DNA of 64,000 nucleotides from Eledone cirrhosa (Eukaryota): NCBI GenBank assembly GCA_964016885.1, contig OZ024755.1, positions 21,266,001 to 21,330,000 of the forward strand, read 5' to 3'. Shown piece by piece: positions 14,009 to 26,369 of this stretch (position 1 is its first letter; each line of letters starts with the position of its first letter). The notes under the pieces were generated by a model. It saw only the letters and a program-made list of their open reading frames with translations, ran no database searches and was not told where the DNA came from. The position numbers and the translations under genes were made by a program.

Positions 14009-14285
14009 GTATTATATATATATATATACACACACGCACGCACGCACGTACAGAGAGAGAGGATGTATCAAAAGGAATCACCCACATGATTGTATGTTCA
14101 TTTGTTTAAAAAATAGATTCTTTTTAATACACCCTGTGTTACTGCTCTTAATGAAAATTCTTAAATTTCATATTAGTAGAGCTGACTTTAGCTTCTGATA
14201 GTGTCTCTGTAGCACTTCGGTTAACCTATATGCTTGTCAGACAATATGATTAGAAACTTTACATATTAATCAATGTTTATATTTA

Positions 14286-14301
<16 letters not shown>

Positions 14302-14317
<16 letters not shown>

Positions 14318-14650
14318 GAAATGATTGTGTACAGTGCTCAGGTGCACTACAACTCATCAAAGGTGCATGTATAGTACATAGAATAATGTACAAATGTCAG
14401 GAAAATGAACAGTGTATGAGTCATGATATAATAACAATAACAATAATGAAATATTGTGTACAGTGACCAGGTGCACCACAACTCATCAAAAAAAAGTGCA
14501 TGTACAGTACATAGGGCAATGCACAAACATCAGTAAAATGAACAGTGCACGAGTCATGATACACACGTGTGCATGTGTATGGAAGGGGTAATCAGGTGTA
14601 GTTTAGGCGTATTTCGGGAAGCATGAGTGTCTTAAAGGATGCAGTGTCTC
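14302..14650 (-). mobile_element. LINE 3' end (CR1/L2-like) with (TTA)n tail, 3'UTR present twice
   Basis: About 125-bp direct duplication; minus strand reads DTASFKTLMLPEIRLNYT-stop before the UTR. Confidence 0.5.
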
Positions 14651-15119
14651 GGCAGCTATATATGTTTATTTATTAAACGTACCTATAGCTTTAACTATAC
14701 AAAATTCACACACACACATACACACACACACACACACACACATGTAGGAGGTGAGTTTTATTGTAGTACAATAAAGCAATGCAGATATCGGATAAGAAGC
14801 ACTCTACAGTTTGTAGGACTGGAGTATACATAATATATAAGATCAAAAGATGGTTAAAAGAGTTCCATTTATTTTATTATGCACATTTCAAAAACTAGGT
14901 AATATATATATTTGATAGACTGCAGTATGAGGATCAGGAAGACCATAAATCAAAGTAATATTCAATACATAGTAAGATACGGAATGAATGGATATATTAG
15001 TGAAATAGAGTGTGGTTATACAAACAAGTATTAGAAAAAGTCAGAGCCCAATGGCTGAGCTCTTGCCCTTTTGACAGCTAATCTAGTCCTGATTCTTTCT
15101 AATATATATATATATATAT

Positions 15120-15451
15120 GGAGGCACATGGCTTAGTGGATAGAGCATTGGCCTTGCAATTGAAAGGTTGTGAGTTCAATTCTCTGACTGGGTGATGTGT
15201 TGTTTCCTTGAGCAAGACACTTTATTTCACATTGCTCCAGTTTCCTCAGCTGTAGAAATGAGATGATAGGGACTGGGGTCCCTATCATTCCACTGCAAAG
15301 GGGTCGTGGAGGTGCCACGGCAAAAAAGCACCCAGCACTCACTGTAAATGAGGTTGGTGTTAGGAAGGGCATCCAGCTGTAGAAATCAAGCCAGAATCAG
15401 TTCCCGTCCCACCCTTGCAAGCAGGGAAAAGCAGACGTAAAATGAAATGAT
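15120..15451 (+). mobile_element. Full-length tRNA/CORE SINE with RTE-derived 3' tail
   Basis: A box TGGCTTAGTGG, B box GAGTTCAATTC, CORE-like TCCTTGAGCAAGACAC; 3' half matches RTE UTR 31080-31230; inserted in (TA)n. Confidence 0.9.
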
Positions 15452-16512
15452 ATATATATATATATATATGTGTGTGTATTTATGTATGTATATACGCATA
15501 CATACATACACATATTTCCTTTCTGCTCACCCCTTAGGTCCTATGATTACTGAAAAAAGGTTATAGACTACCATTTCTGGATACTTTCCATGAGATGTAG
15601 TGAGTCATTGCAAATCATATCTGGAAATAGATTTACCTTTAACTCTTCACATCTTGTACTGCATCAAAGTGGAGAATTGATGGAATCATTAGAACACTGG
15701 GTAGAATGTTTTGTGGTAATTGATCTGGCTCAGGTCAATTTTGCTTTTAATCCTTTCAAGGCTGATAAAATACCTGTTTAGTATGGTGTTGAGGATTCTT
15801 TCTTTTATCTCTCTTCGACATTCTCTCTTGTAATCTTATCTCGAATAAATCAGTTCTGTTCAGCCTTGGAGAAAGATGGGCTTTGCCAGGTTTAAAATGG
15901 CCAAGGCATGCTGTACCATGTATCATGATGGTATCCCAATGATTCAATCAGTAGTTCAATGCCCTTGGCCATGGCATGACTGCATCAAAATGTAGTAGCA
16001 TTGTAGCAAATCATTCTTAGAAAAAGCACAAAACATCAATGTCTCTATCAGTTTTAAAGGAATTAAGGAACTCTCTAGCATGTAAAATTATTTTTACCAT
16101 AATCCAGTGCATCATATTAAATATTGCAATTTTTGTTTAATACTACAAATGTTCACAATAATTTGTCTACAAGTAAAGATACTACCAACATTTGAATTAA
16201 CAAACTTGTTAGACATTTTCTGCTTAATCATTGCAGGATGTTAAGATCATGCTGAAAGCATCACAGTTATTTGATATTCAGATGGGTTTCTTTTTGGTTT
16301 TACAACAATATACATAGCACATTATTAAATTGATTTGAGTAGTAATCACAAAAATAATTTTGAGAAAATCCATCTGTACCCCCCCCCCCCCCCCCCCAAA
16401 AAAAAACACCTCACATTTTTTTATATGGATAAATTATGGTATAAATTTCAAGTTAATTCTGATTCTGAACAATGGATATTGTTCTATTATCCTTTCATTT
16501 GTTCTCTCGATT

Positions 16513-16720
16513 TTTTTAGCATTTAAATTACTTTATATTTACTATTGTATTTTCATGGTAAACACTTTATTTCACATAATTATCTCATAATATTGAATCT
16601 ATGAGATTTTGATATCATCTATTTTGTGAACAATAACATAACATCATTATAAGTGTCCAGGTATGGCTGGTTTAAACAGAAATGGGTAAGAGAATTCTGG
16701 CCGGTTTAAATGCTAAAGCG
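16513..16720 (-). mobile_element. piggyBac-type MITE family A
   Basis: Reverse-complement homolog of 54285-54500, ending TAAATGCTAAAGCG|TTAA. Confidence 0.7.
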
Positions 16721-16724
16721 TTAA

Positions 16725-17032
16725 CTCTCTTTTAATACCAACCCAGCCAAAACTGGCTCTAGTTCTATGAAACAAAACCACCCATTTTAAAGTGTTTCTA
16801 TTTTAATTAAAATCTTCCAACGTCATTTTATATAAGAGCAATATGTTTAGTTTCTATATTAGTAATGAAATGATTAATTTGAGTAAATCACTCAAAATTC
16901 TTCATTAATTGATTGAACTGTATGTTAAATTAGTATCTTTATGATGAAATAATTAACATTTTAGTCAACCCCTCAAAATTCTTCATTAATTGAAATTGAG
17001 TGCATTTCATTAGAAATATGGTCACGAAAGAG
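16725..17032 (+). mobile_element. piggyBac-type MITE family B
   Basis: TTAA|CTCTCTTT ... AAAGAG|TTAA; homologous to 8521-8752, with an internal duplication. Confidence 0.7.
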
Positions 17033-18526
17033 TTAAAACCATTAATTGAAATACATTTCCTTTAATGTACCCCGGCCCCTCACAAAATAAGTAAAACCTG
17101 AAGAATTTATAAAGTAAATTTTAAACCTTTCAGGACCAAATTCTTAATGATTTTCAAATAATCTTGAAAACTCAAGAATTTAGTAGGATAACTTAACATA
17201 GAATAATAATTTAGGAAGGTTTTAGGTAAATATAAACAATTAAAAACAAAGTGTTATGAATCACGAGTAGTTTGGTATTAAAAGGGTTAATTTTCAGTAG
17301 GTTTTCTTTTTTCTTGTTGCCTTGACAACATAACTGTTTAGTAATTCCAGTCTAACCCTAATCCTAATAAAATGATGGTTCCAACACCCCCTCATCCCCA
17401 CCCTTTACTGTTGTTTTATTATATACAAGAAAACTAAAACGATTTTATAAGATGCATGAAATTTTGAAAGCTTGACTGAATGTACTTTTTATTTATTATT
17501 ATCATCATTATTATTATTTTTATTTTTATTTTTTGAGTCACCCATATGAAATGTGAAGAAATCTATAAATGGAATCAGAACAACTTTTCTTATATTTTTG
17601 TCTGATACCAAAAAATAGGATTTCTTCCTCCAAGAAATTTAAATATTGTCCCGTCCATGACTGACTTTCAAGTCTGATGATATTAAAATATTTTCTTTAT
17701 TCGGGTATGTTTGATGCAATAATGCCTACCACTGTACCATTTAATGGCTAGCTTTCTAATGCTGTTGTTTTCTCTCTCTCTCTCTCTCTATTTTTTTTTT
17801 TTATCTATCTATCTCTTTCTCCCCCACCACTCTTCGTCTTTCTATTTCTCTCTCTCCCTCAAAATTCTACAATTTGCAGAATAAAAAATAGCATTTGGAA
17901 TTCCTTCAAATGGTACAAATTATAAAGGATTCCTTGGAATGGTTATAGAATAAACCCGGTTTTCAATGCTGCATAAATTATCATCAACTAAAAAAAACTT
18001 TTCTTTTTTAGTTTTTTTTTTGTTTCTGAAATAAACGATATAAAGAATGACTATAAAATACAGGTGACATCTACCTTTGTAATATTTAATTTTCTTCTTT
18101 ATATTAAATGCAATTTTTTTTTTTAAACCCAAATTCTACATCTAAAACCAATAATAGTAATGAATGTATTTAAGTTTTGGAGTCCATATATACCAGCATT
18201 ACCAGATTTATATGATCAATCATACAGACTGGGAATGATAATAGTTTGCATAAGAGAAACCCTATACTTCATGTTCATCACTGACATGTTGCAGTGATTA
18301 AAGAAAAATATAAATGACTTCAATATTTTATTTCTAGGATATGATTTCATAAATGTTCAGCACACACACAAACATATATATATATATATATATATGTCCA
18401 TGAACTCCAGCAACTGATGAAGAAAATCATCCCCCGTTTGTACTTTCCTCTTATTTATAAATATATTTTATCAAGCAACAACACAGCCCCTGTTTCTTCT
18501 ATATATATATATATACATATATATAT

Positions 18527-18860
18527 ATCATCATCATCATCATTGCTTAACATCTCTCTTCCACGCTAGCATGGGTTAGACAGGTTTGTCCCATTAGTGG
18601 CAAGTTGAGTCGAGTGACCACGTCTCCTTCATATAGCACTGTTTCTGGCTGGTTTTCTACGGTTGGATGCCCTTCCTAACACCAACCACATTTACAGTGT
18701 GTGCTGAGTGCATTTTGCCATGTTTTCTATACAACCACTTTACAGTGTGGACTAGGTACTTTTTGTCGTGACACCTACACGACCACTTTACAGTGTGAGG
18801 GGCATGGGGGCATATTGTCTATATGCTTCAGGTTCGGTTTGTGCCCATGGGAACTTGAGT
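18527..18860 (-). mobile_element. RTE LINE 3'UTR fragment with (GAT)n tail
   Basis: (ATC)n then GGATGCCCTTCCTAACACCAACC and the repeated CACTTTACAGTGTG modules. Confidence 0.8.
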
Positions 18861-18894
18861 CTTCATATATATACGCGCACACACACACATATCT

Positions 18895-19045
18895 AGGGTG
18901 GGTAAAATCCTGGAGATCCATGGATAAGTTCTCTCCATCGATCTCTGACCTTCATCATTGCCGCTATGCCCTGCATCTCCCAGAGACCAGTGTCTGTCCT
19001 TAGGGCATCAACAATGTCATCCTCAGTCTCCCTCTTCTAGTGTGT
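18895..19045 (-). mobile_element. RTE-like LINE (second family) 3' fragment
   Basis: Reverse complement of 31900-32047. Confidence 0.75.
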
Positions 19046-19169
19046 CCATGTAGGGATCTCCCACAGGACCATTGAGTGCAGTGTTAACTCTGAATGTCAG
19101 TGAATATGTCAAGCTAACCTCAGTCTCCTGTGTCACTTTATATACATACACAGGATTGATGGAAAGAGA

Positions 19170-19270
19170 CTCCCTATTGGAAATTAATTTTGATCTACTG
19201 TGACCACTTGGGACAACATCAATGACCTCATATTCATGCAAAATGGTGCCCCTGCTCATTTTGCAGGCAC
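19170..19270 (+). mobile_element. Tc1/mariner transposase fragment
   Basis: Translates LIFMQNGAPAHF, similar to the FQQDGAPAH second-aspartate motif. Confidence 0.55.
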
Positions 19271-20094
19271 TACCACCATTACCACTTTAGTGGGTGTACT
19301 GGGTGCATTTTATCATGACAGCAGCACTAGAGAGGTAGTCACATGTTCATCCAAATTGAGGAGTCCTTTCAAACCCCATATTGTATCCTTTTGATTGCCA
19401 ACACTTTGATCATTTACTATTTGTGCTGCAGGTTTGTACATGTGGGGGTGGAAGGAGTTCTTTCGTATTGTGGCATATGGCCAGTCTGCTTGGTTCAGTT
19501 TCTGGTGCTCATTCTTCACAATTTTTTCCATGTCTTCCTCATTCTCTCATTTTCATGTGTCCCATCCACGTCAAGTGTTCAGCACTTTTTTTTATAAAAC
19601 CTTTGCTTTCTTTATGAATCACATAACCACCCCAATAGAACTCAGTCATTTCTCTCTATTCACTTGTGTTTTCGTATTCATGTACACTAACATTACACAT
19701 CTACGATAGCATAGTAGTGATAGTTAGACTATACTATCTAGCATTTAGTCCAGTAATACCTGAAGTAGTTATAGGGGTGCTGTATTAACTAGACTACATT
19801 ATTTTGCATATTTACTGTAAAATATGCATCACCTAACTTAATTTACTGCCATCACTCCATACACATTATTAGTGGGATAAATTTAACAATGTAGGCCTGA
19901 AATAATTGTTTCTATTTTTGGCACAAGGCCAGCAATTATCTCGGTGCATTACTGGTACTTTATTTTATTGACCCCGTAAGGACGAAAAGCAAAATTAACC
20001 TCGGCAGGATTTGAACACAGACCGTAAAGGGATGTAATGCAAGGTTGTTACAGCTGGAATGCCTTTGGTTTTACATCTGAAAGAGGGATAAGCA

Positions 20095-20250
20095 ACAATA
20101 GCAACATCAAATGAATGTACCTTAACTCTTGTGTTGAATAACTCTAAATCACAAATATAGTATTTTAAACTGATTTATTTCTGTCAAAGTAATTCAATTG
20201 TTTTTCACAAATAACAATGTATTTTATATATATCGTTTAGATTAAAATAT
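20095..20250 (-). pseudogene. Remnant copy of the 3'UTR end of the secreted-peptide gene
   Basis: Closely similar to 24195-24346, including the AATAAA signal; truncated where an L1/Tx1 fragment begins. Confidence 0.55.
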
Positions 20251-20510
20251 CTCGGACATGCCCGGCTGACGGCACTTCCATTCCTGTAGAGTTTATCCTG
20301 AACTGGCAAAGCTCCTCGGTAGCACTGCCAGGCAAGGGATTTCTGGAAGTTGTCCATAGGCCCCAGCCCGAAAGTTCTCCCGAAGAGATTGGCTAGTTGA
20401 TTTTCATCGACACCCAGTCTCCCCAACTAGGTTGTCGCTCTTCCCCTCCACTAATCATCTATAGAACGCCAAGGTGTAGTTTCCACTGATCGCATTCCCC
20501 GACTGGATTT
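20250..20510 (-). mobile_element. L1/Tx1-like LINE fragment (region leading into zf-RVT)
   Basis: SLAWQCYRGALPVQDKLYR...CPR is typical of the C-terminal part of L1/Tx1 ORF2. Confidence 0.7.
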
Positions 20511-20915
20511 GTATGTGTGTGGGTGGTGTGAATTTTTGGGGTGTTGTATAGTCTTTTTCTGATATGCTGGTGTTGTGTTGGATGTAGTGTAATAATTGGT
20601 TGTTCAAATTTAATACTGTGTAGTGTGTATCGTTTTGGTTGCTTTGTTTTGTTTGCGTTTGTTGGTGATTTCTGTGGTTTTGGTGATGGTGGTGTTGGTG
20701 CTTGTGCTGATGGGGCTGGTGATGCTGGTGTGGGTGATGGCATAATTTCATAATAATAATAATAATAAATAAAAAGTGTATTCAGTCAAGCTTTCAAACA
20801 ATCTGACTACCGACATACTCCCATCAACTTTTCTCCCAAAACGGAATTGGTGGGGGTGATATTTTACTGATCTTTCTAGCACAGCGACTCTGTGGCATGC
20901 ACTCTTGCTGGTTTA

Positions 20916-21772
20916 TCTATATATATAAAACAGGATGACTGTGTGTGTGTGTGTGTGTGTGTGTGAGTTTGAATCCCTAAAACTAGAGAACCACCAAACT
21001 GACTGTTTTCAAACTTTACAAATGTAATACTTGTTTCAGGGAGTGTTCTGAGCAAAAGCAATTTCAAATTTTCATGGCCCTAGGGACCGCATTAGGCGAT
21101 TTAGCGATCTCTCTCTATAATTCTTAGTCTTTCTCTTTTTAGATAGATACATACATATAACGTCGCGCCGTTATAATATTTGTCTGTATGTCTGGCTGTC
21201 TGCATTACGTCACTTCCCTGAGGATGTGTGTGTTTGTGTCTGTGAGTTTGAATCGCTAAAACTCGAGAAGTACCCAACCGATTTTTTTTCAAACTTTACA
21301 TGTGTATTACTTATGTTTCAGGGAGTGTTATGCACATAAAAATTCAACTTGTTGATTTCCTAGGCTCCGCATTAGGTGAAAAACTGCGTTTTTTCCAGCT
21401 TTTTAAGGGTTTTTTGAGGCGTTATGTCAGACCGATTTCCTTGAAATTGTAACTATGTATTAGTCAGTCTCTACTTCATACCATGAGCAAAGAAAATCCA
21501 ACTTTTGTATGGCCTAGGGCCTGCATTAGGTGAAAAACTTCATTTTTTTTCAGCATTTTAGGGCTCTTTTGAGGCGTTACGTGATCCCCTAGGTGAAAAC
21601 CTGCATTTTCCCTGCTTCATCGAGGAAAATCTTAAAGACTATCCAGCCATCAGAGTATTCGGTTTATTTTATTTACATATTGTCCAGGCATGCAGTTTTT
21701 CCACGATTAGGTCTGTTGGCGGCCCGCGTTCCAAAATACCTTTTCCCGTGCAACGGCGGGTACCATTGCTAG
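20916..21772 (+). mobile_element. Non-autonomous Helitron
   Basis: A|TCTATATATATAAAA start; CCCGTGCAACGGCGGG hairpin then CTAG|T end; duplicated 5' module. Confidence 0.8.
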
Positions 21773-21815
21773 TACTTTCATATAATTTTTCTATATATAT
21801 ATGTGTGTATAGACA

Positions 21816-21860
<45 letters not shown>

Positions 21861-21889
21861 TAGAAAATGAACAACACAAAATATAACTA

Positions 21890-21957
21890 CTCCATTACCA
21901 AAGGTTTCTGGATCACAGCTGATATTAATATACGTCTGGATTGGTCGTCAGATAGAG
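21890..21957 (-). ncRNA. Type I hammerhead-like motif with degenerate stem II
   Basis: ctctat-CTGACGA-(36 nt)-GAAA-cctttgg-TA-atggag; stems I and III pair. Confidence 0.55.
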
Positions 21958-22684
21958 ATGTTATAGATTAAAGATATGAAATGAGATTTTATATATTTTA
22001 TATATTTATATATATATTCAAAATTGTAAGAAAGCCAAGGGGAAAAAATAGTACTACACTATAACCTCATATATATATAAATGAAAATAAAATTAATGTA
22101 AGCAAAATCCCAACAATAATTCAGGTATATAAGTGACTATACCATCAAGATAAAAAAATATTTAATGTAAGATGAGGGAAAAAAGTAATTCAAAACAAAT
22201 CAAGAAGAAAAACTTTGTCATCAAACTTTGTGTAAGTTTGGGAAGAAGCAATACAATCTTAATTCAAAATAAAATCAAGAAGTAATAATTAACCGTCAAT
22301 TTGGGGAAAACTACAAATGCACTATATAGTCTTAAAAGACCAGTTCACGAAACTTTTCAGTGGGGTTAGTCATGGTTGTAATCGATCTTCAGTAGTGCTC
22401 AACACATTAACTAAATCCTCACTGCTAAAATACCGAGGGGAAAAAATAATCCACTGGGAGTTAAAAGATTATATATATATATATATATGGAAAAAGATGA
22501 GTGTTGCCATACATGTACGGCAACACTCATCTTTTTCCATTTCTCCGAGGGTTATAAACCCCACTATCAGGCTAGAAATTTCTTTAGTCTAAAATACGGT
22601 GAAAGCTTATAATTTCTAATTTCTAATTTCAAACTCGCGCACCGTTTCAAAAACATACTTACATGTTTACGTTTATAATTTGCT

Positions 22685-22732
<48 letters not shown>

Positions 22733-22736
<4 letters not shown>

Positions 22737-22893
22737 GCCGTGTAGGCAACACGGTAAAAACCTCCCAGCCCCACACTGTAAATGTGGTTGGTGTTAGGAA
22801 GGGCATCCAACTGTAGAAAACCCGCCAGACAGTCCTATGCGAGCAAGACAATCACTCTTGCCTCAAGTGGGAAAACCCCCCGTCCAAACCCAT

Positions 22894-22896
<3 letters not shown>
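22733..22896 (+). mobile_element. RTE 3'UTR fragment between (TA)n and (CA)n
   Basis: Matches 31596-31696 and the reverse complement of 42020-42165. Confidence 0.8.
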
Positions 22897-22941
<45 letters not shown>

Positions 22942-23589
22942 CACACAACACACAACACACAACACACACACACACAAATGTAACATATTAATTATGTTAG
23001 AATTATGTGCTTCTCAATAAATTAGCTCAATAGACATTATGCAGAGCAATATTAAGTCAAAAGTAGAAGATATATCACCTGAATAAAGTTAATACTCTGA
23101 CAACTCGTTCCTACTGTTCCTAATGAAATAATTAAATTTTTTTTTGAATTTGACTTTCAATGTTCCATGTAAAAAATATAGAATCTATAAAAACTCATGA
23201 TAAATTCCATTAAAACATCAGCGGTTCAGGTGACATAACCACAGGTGGTGTTGTTCAATAGAAAGTTTTATATATTAGATATTGTACTCGGTTACATGTT
23301 GTGCATGTGCACCTGGCACCCCAACAATCGACGTATGTATGTGTACGGACACAAACATTCGCGCATGCATGCACATTCATGCAGCGGCGACAGATAGATA
23401 GATAGATAGATATATATATAAAGAAGAGATATATATAACGTACAAATTTAAAATAGGGAGCGCACAGGATAAAGAGGCAATGGAAAAAAGACAACGGAAA
23501 GACGGACAATCCTATTTCATTAGTCGACCTCTGGAAATCACTGCGGTTTCGCTGCATTATATATATTTTATATATATATATCTTCTATA

Positions 23590-24020
23590 CATCCGTTACC
23601 CCGGTGCGATGACGGCATTCCTCCTCCAGCTCACTCTGTCTAACATTCCCTTATGAATTTCCCCAGTCTCCAATCCAGTGTCATCTTCAAGAACATCCTT
23701 CAGTGTTGTGGTTGGTCTCCTAACTCGTCTTCACACACCAGTTTTCCAGAATAAGACTCTGCCAACAGGTTCATTGCGACATTTCATATGTCCGGCTAAT
23801 GCAACCTTCCTATGCCTTATGATGTCAGAAAGGCGATGGTGTGAGCCATAGAGCGATTTCTTTGCTATGTGTGTTCCCCAGGATATGTTCTGGACCTTTC
23901 TCAGTATCTGGGTGAATGTACCGTTAATCCCTTAGTGAGTGTGTCTGTCAGTGTCCATGACTCGTGTACACCCGTAGAGGAGAATGTATTCAACCGTATT
24001 CAACCGTTGCTTTGAAACAG
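23590..24020 (-). mobile_element. RTE-like LINE C-terminal fragment
   Basis: Minus strand reads ILLY..., ILRKVQNISW, ALAGH, RRPTTTLKDVLEDDTGL...DRVSWR. Confidence 0.75.
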
Positions 24021-24472
24021 GATAATACTAAAAAGACGGAAATGCAACAAACTGATTATTAAAATGACACATTGGTCTTAGATATATAATGTCTGAAAAT
24101 AATACTGGATGGTCATGGTAGGCAATCGCTTGATTATACATCTTAAAGATCAGGAGTTACTTGGAGATAATAATAACAACAAAAACAACATCAACAACAA
24201 CATCAAATGAACGTACCTCAACTCTTGTGTTGAATAACTAAATCACAAATATAGTATTTTAAACTGATTTATTTGTGTCAAAGTAAATCAATTGTTTTTC
24301 ATAAATAACATTATTTATTTAATATATATCATTTAGATTAAAGTATCAAGAAACTTGTAGAATCATACAACAACTTTAAGATGGTCTGGTTATTTTACAT
24401 CTCAACAATTATACATATTATTTACATTAACTTGATCTTACAACTAGTTTTTTCAACTAGATTCTCCAAACA

Positions 24473-24627
24473 TTATTTTTTAGATTCTTTATTAAATTCT
24501 GCATTCTTGAGGCAATCTTTGACACATGCTATGTATTTTTTAATAGCATGATTTCCATTAGGATTTGTATTATATGTTGCTATACAATTATCTCCACACG
24601 ACGGGTCAAGTACGATAGAAGAATGGG
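24473..24627 (-). CDS. Exon 3 CDS of a small secreted Cys-rich peptide gene (mature peptide)
   Basis: Acceptor ttgtattttctaattacAG at 24628. Phase-1 join gives A-HSSIVLDPSCGDNCIATYNTNPNGNHAIKKYIACVKDCLKNAEFNKESKK-stop. AATAAA downstream at about 24314 and 24268. Confidence 0.8.
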
Positions 24628-25009
24628 CTGTAATTAGAAAATACAATATATGCAGATATCAGAACAGTGTTGACGTTGATATTGAGTTTTAACAGAACTG
24701 TATAATGTAGATAGATTTAACATAGATTTAGTACGTGGAATACACCATCCCGACCTAGGTACAAAGTTTTGTCTGTCATCCTCTCTCCTTCTCTTTCTTT
24801 TTTTAATAGTCTTTGCTCTTTCTCTCCTTTTCTTCTCCTTCATGTCATTTATAGTCCTTTCATTTACTTTCCTATACAGCCAGACCTGCCTTTTTTTTAC
24901 CTCTTCCCTATTTTTTGTTATTTTATTTTTTATCCTTTTTTAAGGATAAAAATACATTTCAATAAATACATTTGTCACATTTAAACAAAAATGAATTAAG
25001 CACAATGTA

Positions 25010-25240
25010 TTATAAATTTGACACAAGGCCAGGAATATTTTTGGGGTGGGTGGGAGAAGTCGATTGTACCTACTTCAGTACTTGACTGGTACTTTATTTT
25101 GTCGATCTCAGAAGGATGAAAGGCGAAGTTGACTTCAGCAGCATTTGAACGTAATGGATTTTGATCTAGGCACAAGGCCAACAATTTGATGGCATTTGAA
25201 CTCATTAACGGATTATAACTATATGCCGCAAAGCATATAG
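25010..25240 (-). mobile_element. SINE family 2 inside intron 2
   Basis: CTGGTACTTTATTTTGTCGA...GGATGAAAGGC...TTTGAAC. Confidence 0.7.
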
Positions 25241-25610
25241 TTATAATCGTACTGGGTAGATGTTGATCGACTTTCCCCTCCCCTCAGATTGTAAATCCCA
25301 AACCATTATATTTGTATAAATGTGGTAAGAAGTGAAGGAACTTACCCTTGCTTCTCCACATGTGTCAAGACTGATTCTCCCTACGTGACGTTCTCCTGTT
25401 TGTCGTCTGGCCAGAGAACATAAGCAAATCTCATACACTTATTCACAGCAGTTATTACAAGGACATCCACATTCAATGCTGCCCATGGAGCGAGAGAGGG
25501 AGACAGCCTGCACTGCCGATGTGACGTTATTGCTCCCTAGCCCCACAATAATTTTATCTTTTTAGAAGGTAGCCAGTATTATTTAAATGGTTAGAATAAA
25601 TAATACTTAC

Positions 25611-25683
25611 CATTGACCATTAACATTCCAGCTAATGAGGAAATTAGCACGAAGATGAAGACGATAAGACTGTTGATCTTCAT
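25611..25683 (-). CDS. Exon 2 CDS of a small secreted Cys-rich peptide gene (signal peptide); whole exon is 25611-25731
   Basis: gcaaaATG context; MKINSLIVFIFVLISSLAGMLMVN; donor G|GTAAGT at 25610; acceptor ttccttttattttatatattttTAG at 25732. Confidence 0.85.
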
Positions 25684-26369
25684 TTTGCTATGGATATATT
25701 TACGTGTAGATTAGACACTGGATATTTTGAACTAAAAATATATAAAATAAAGGAAATTCATTCATAGATTTAGATATACACATCGGGTGTGGAGAAATCA
25801 TTGACAAAATTTTTGGTAAACCGAATCTAATGTGTTCTCACCAGAATTGTTCTACTAGAGAACTGGTCACAAGTGGCATATAGTGATATGGCCACCAGAT
25901 ATGATGGTTAGTTGCGATATTAATGGGCTGCTGTCGGAAGAGTAAGCAACCCCAGACCAACAGTGGCATGATACTAAGGGAGATGGATGAAAGGGAGACA
26001 CTGTTAGCTCCCAAGTAAACTTTCATAACCCAGTGATGTAGCTAAGACAAAGCAAGTAAAGGCCACCTCTAAAAGGGCCTAGTTTTCACAGGTCTGATAA
26101 AGTACTAAATTGGGGACTTGCACGAATAAGACCACCAAAAACTGTAACATGGCTAGACAATAAAAGCACTTATACTGCATCATCCTTCAGGAGAGGTAAC
26201 AACGGATGCATTCAGGTTTAGTCAGAGGGGTCTGTCTGAAAAATATATCGCAATCACCATCCAATACTGTGAGAACTGGCGATGGGCCTGCGACCTTCTT
26301 GGGGGGCATGGGATGGATGCACAAAGGTTGTGTATCCTGGGACACCAGAGTGGGTCCAGAGAGAAGCAA

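Noticed and set aside
15120-15195. tRNA gene
   Set aside because: A/B boxes are SINE heads with no complete cloverleaf and continue into CORE sequence
20455-20751. His/Gln-rich or Pro-rich ORFs
   Set aside because: Derived from low-complexity GT/GGT sequence
22325-22400. Minus-strand CTGAAGA...GAACTGGTC hammerhead-like motif
   Set aside because: GAAA is incomplete and the stem I partner is displaced; too degenerate to call
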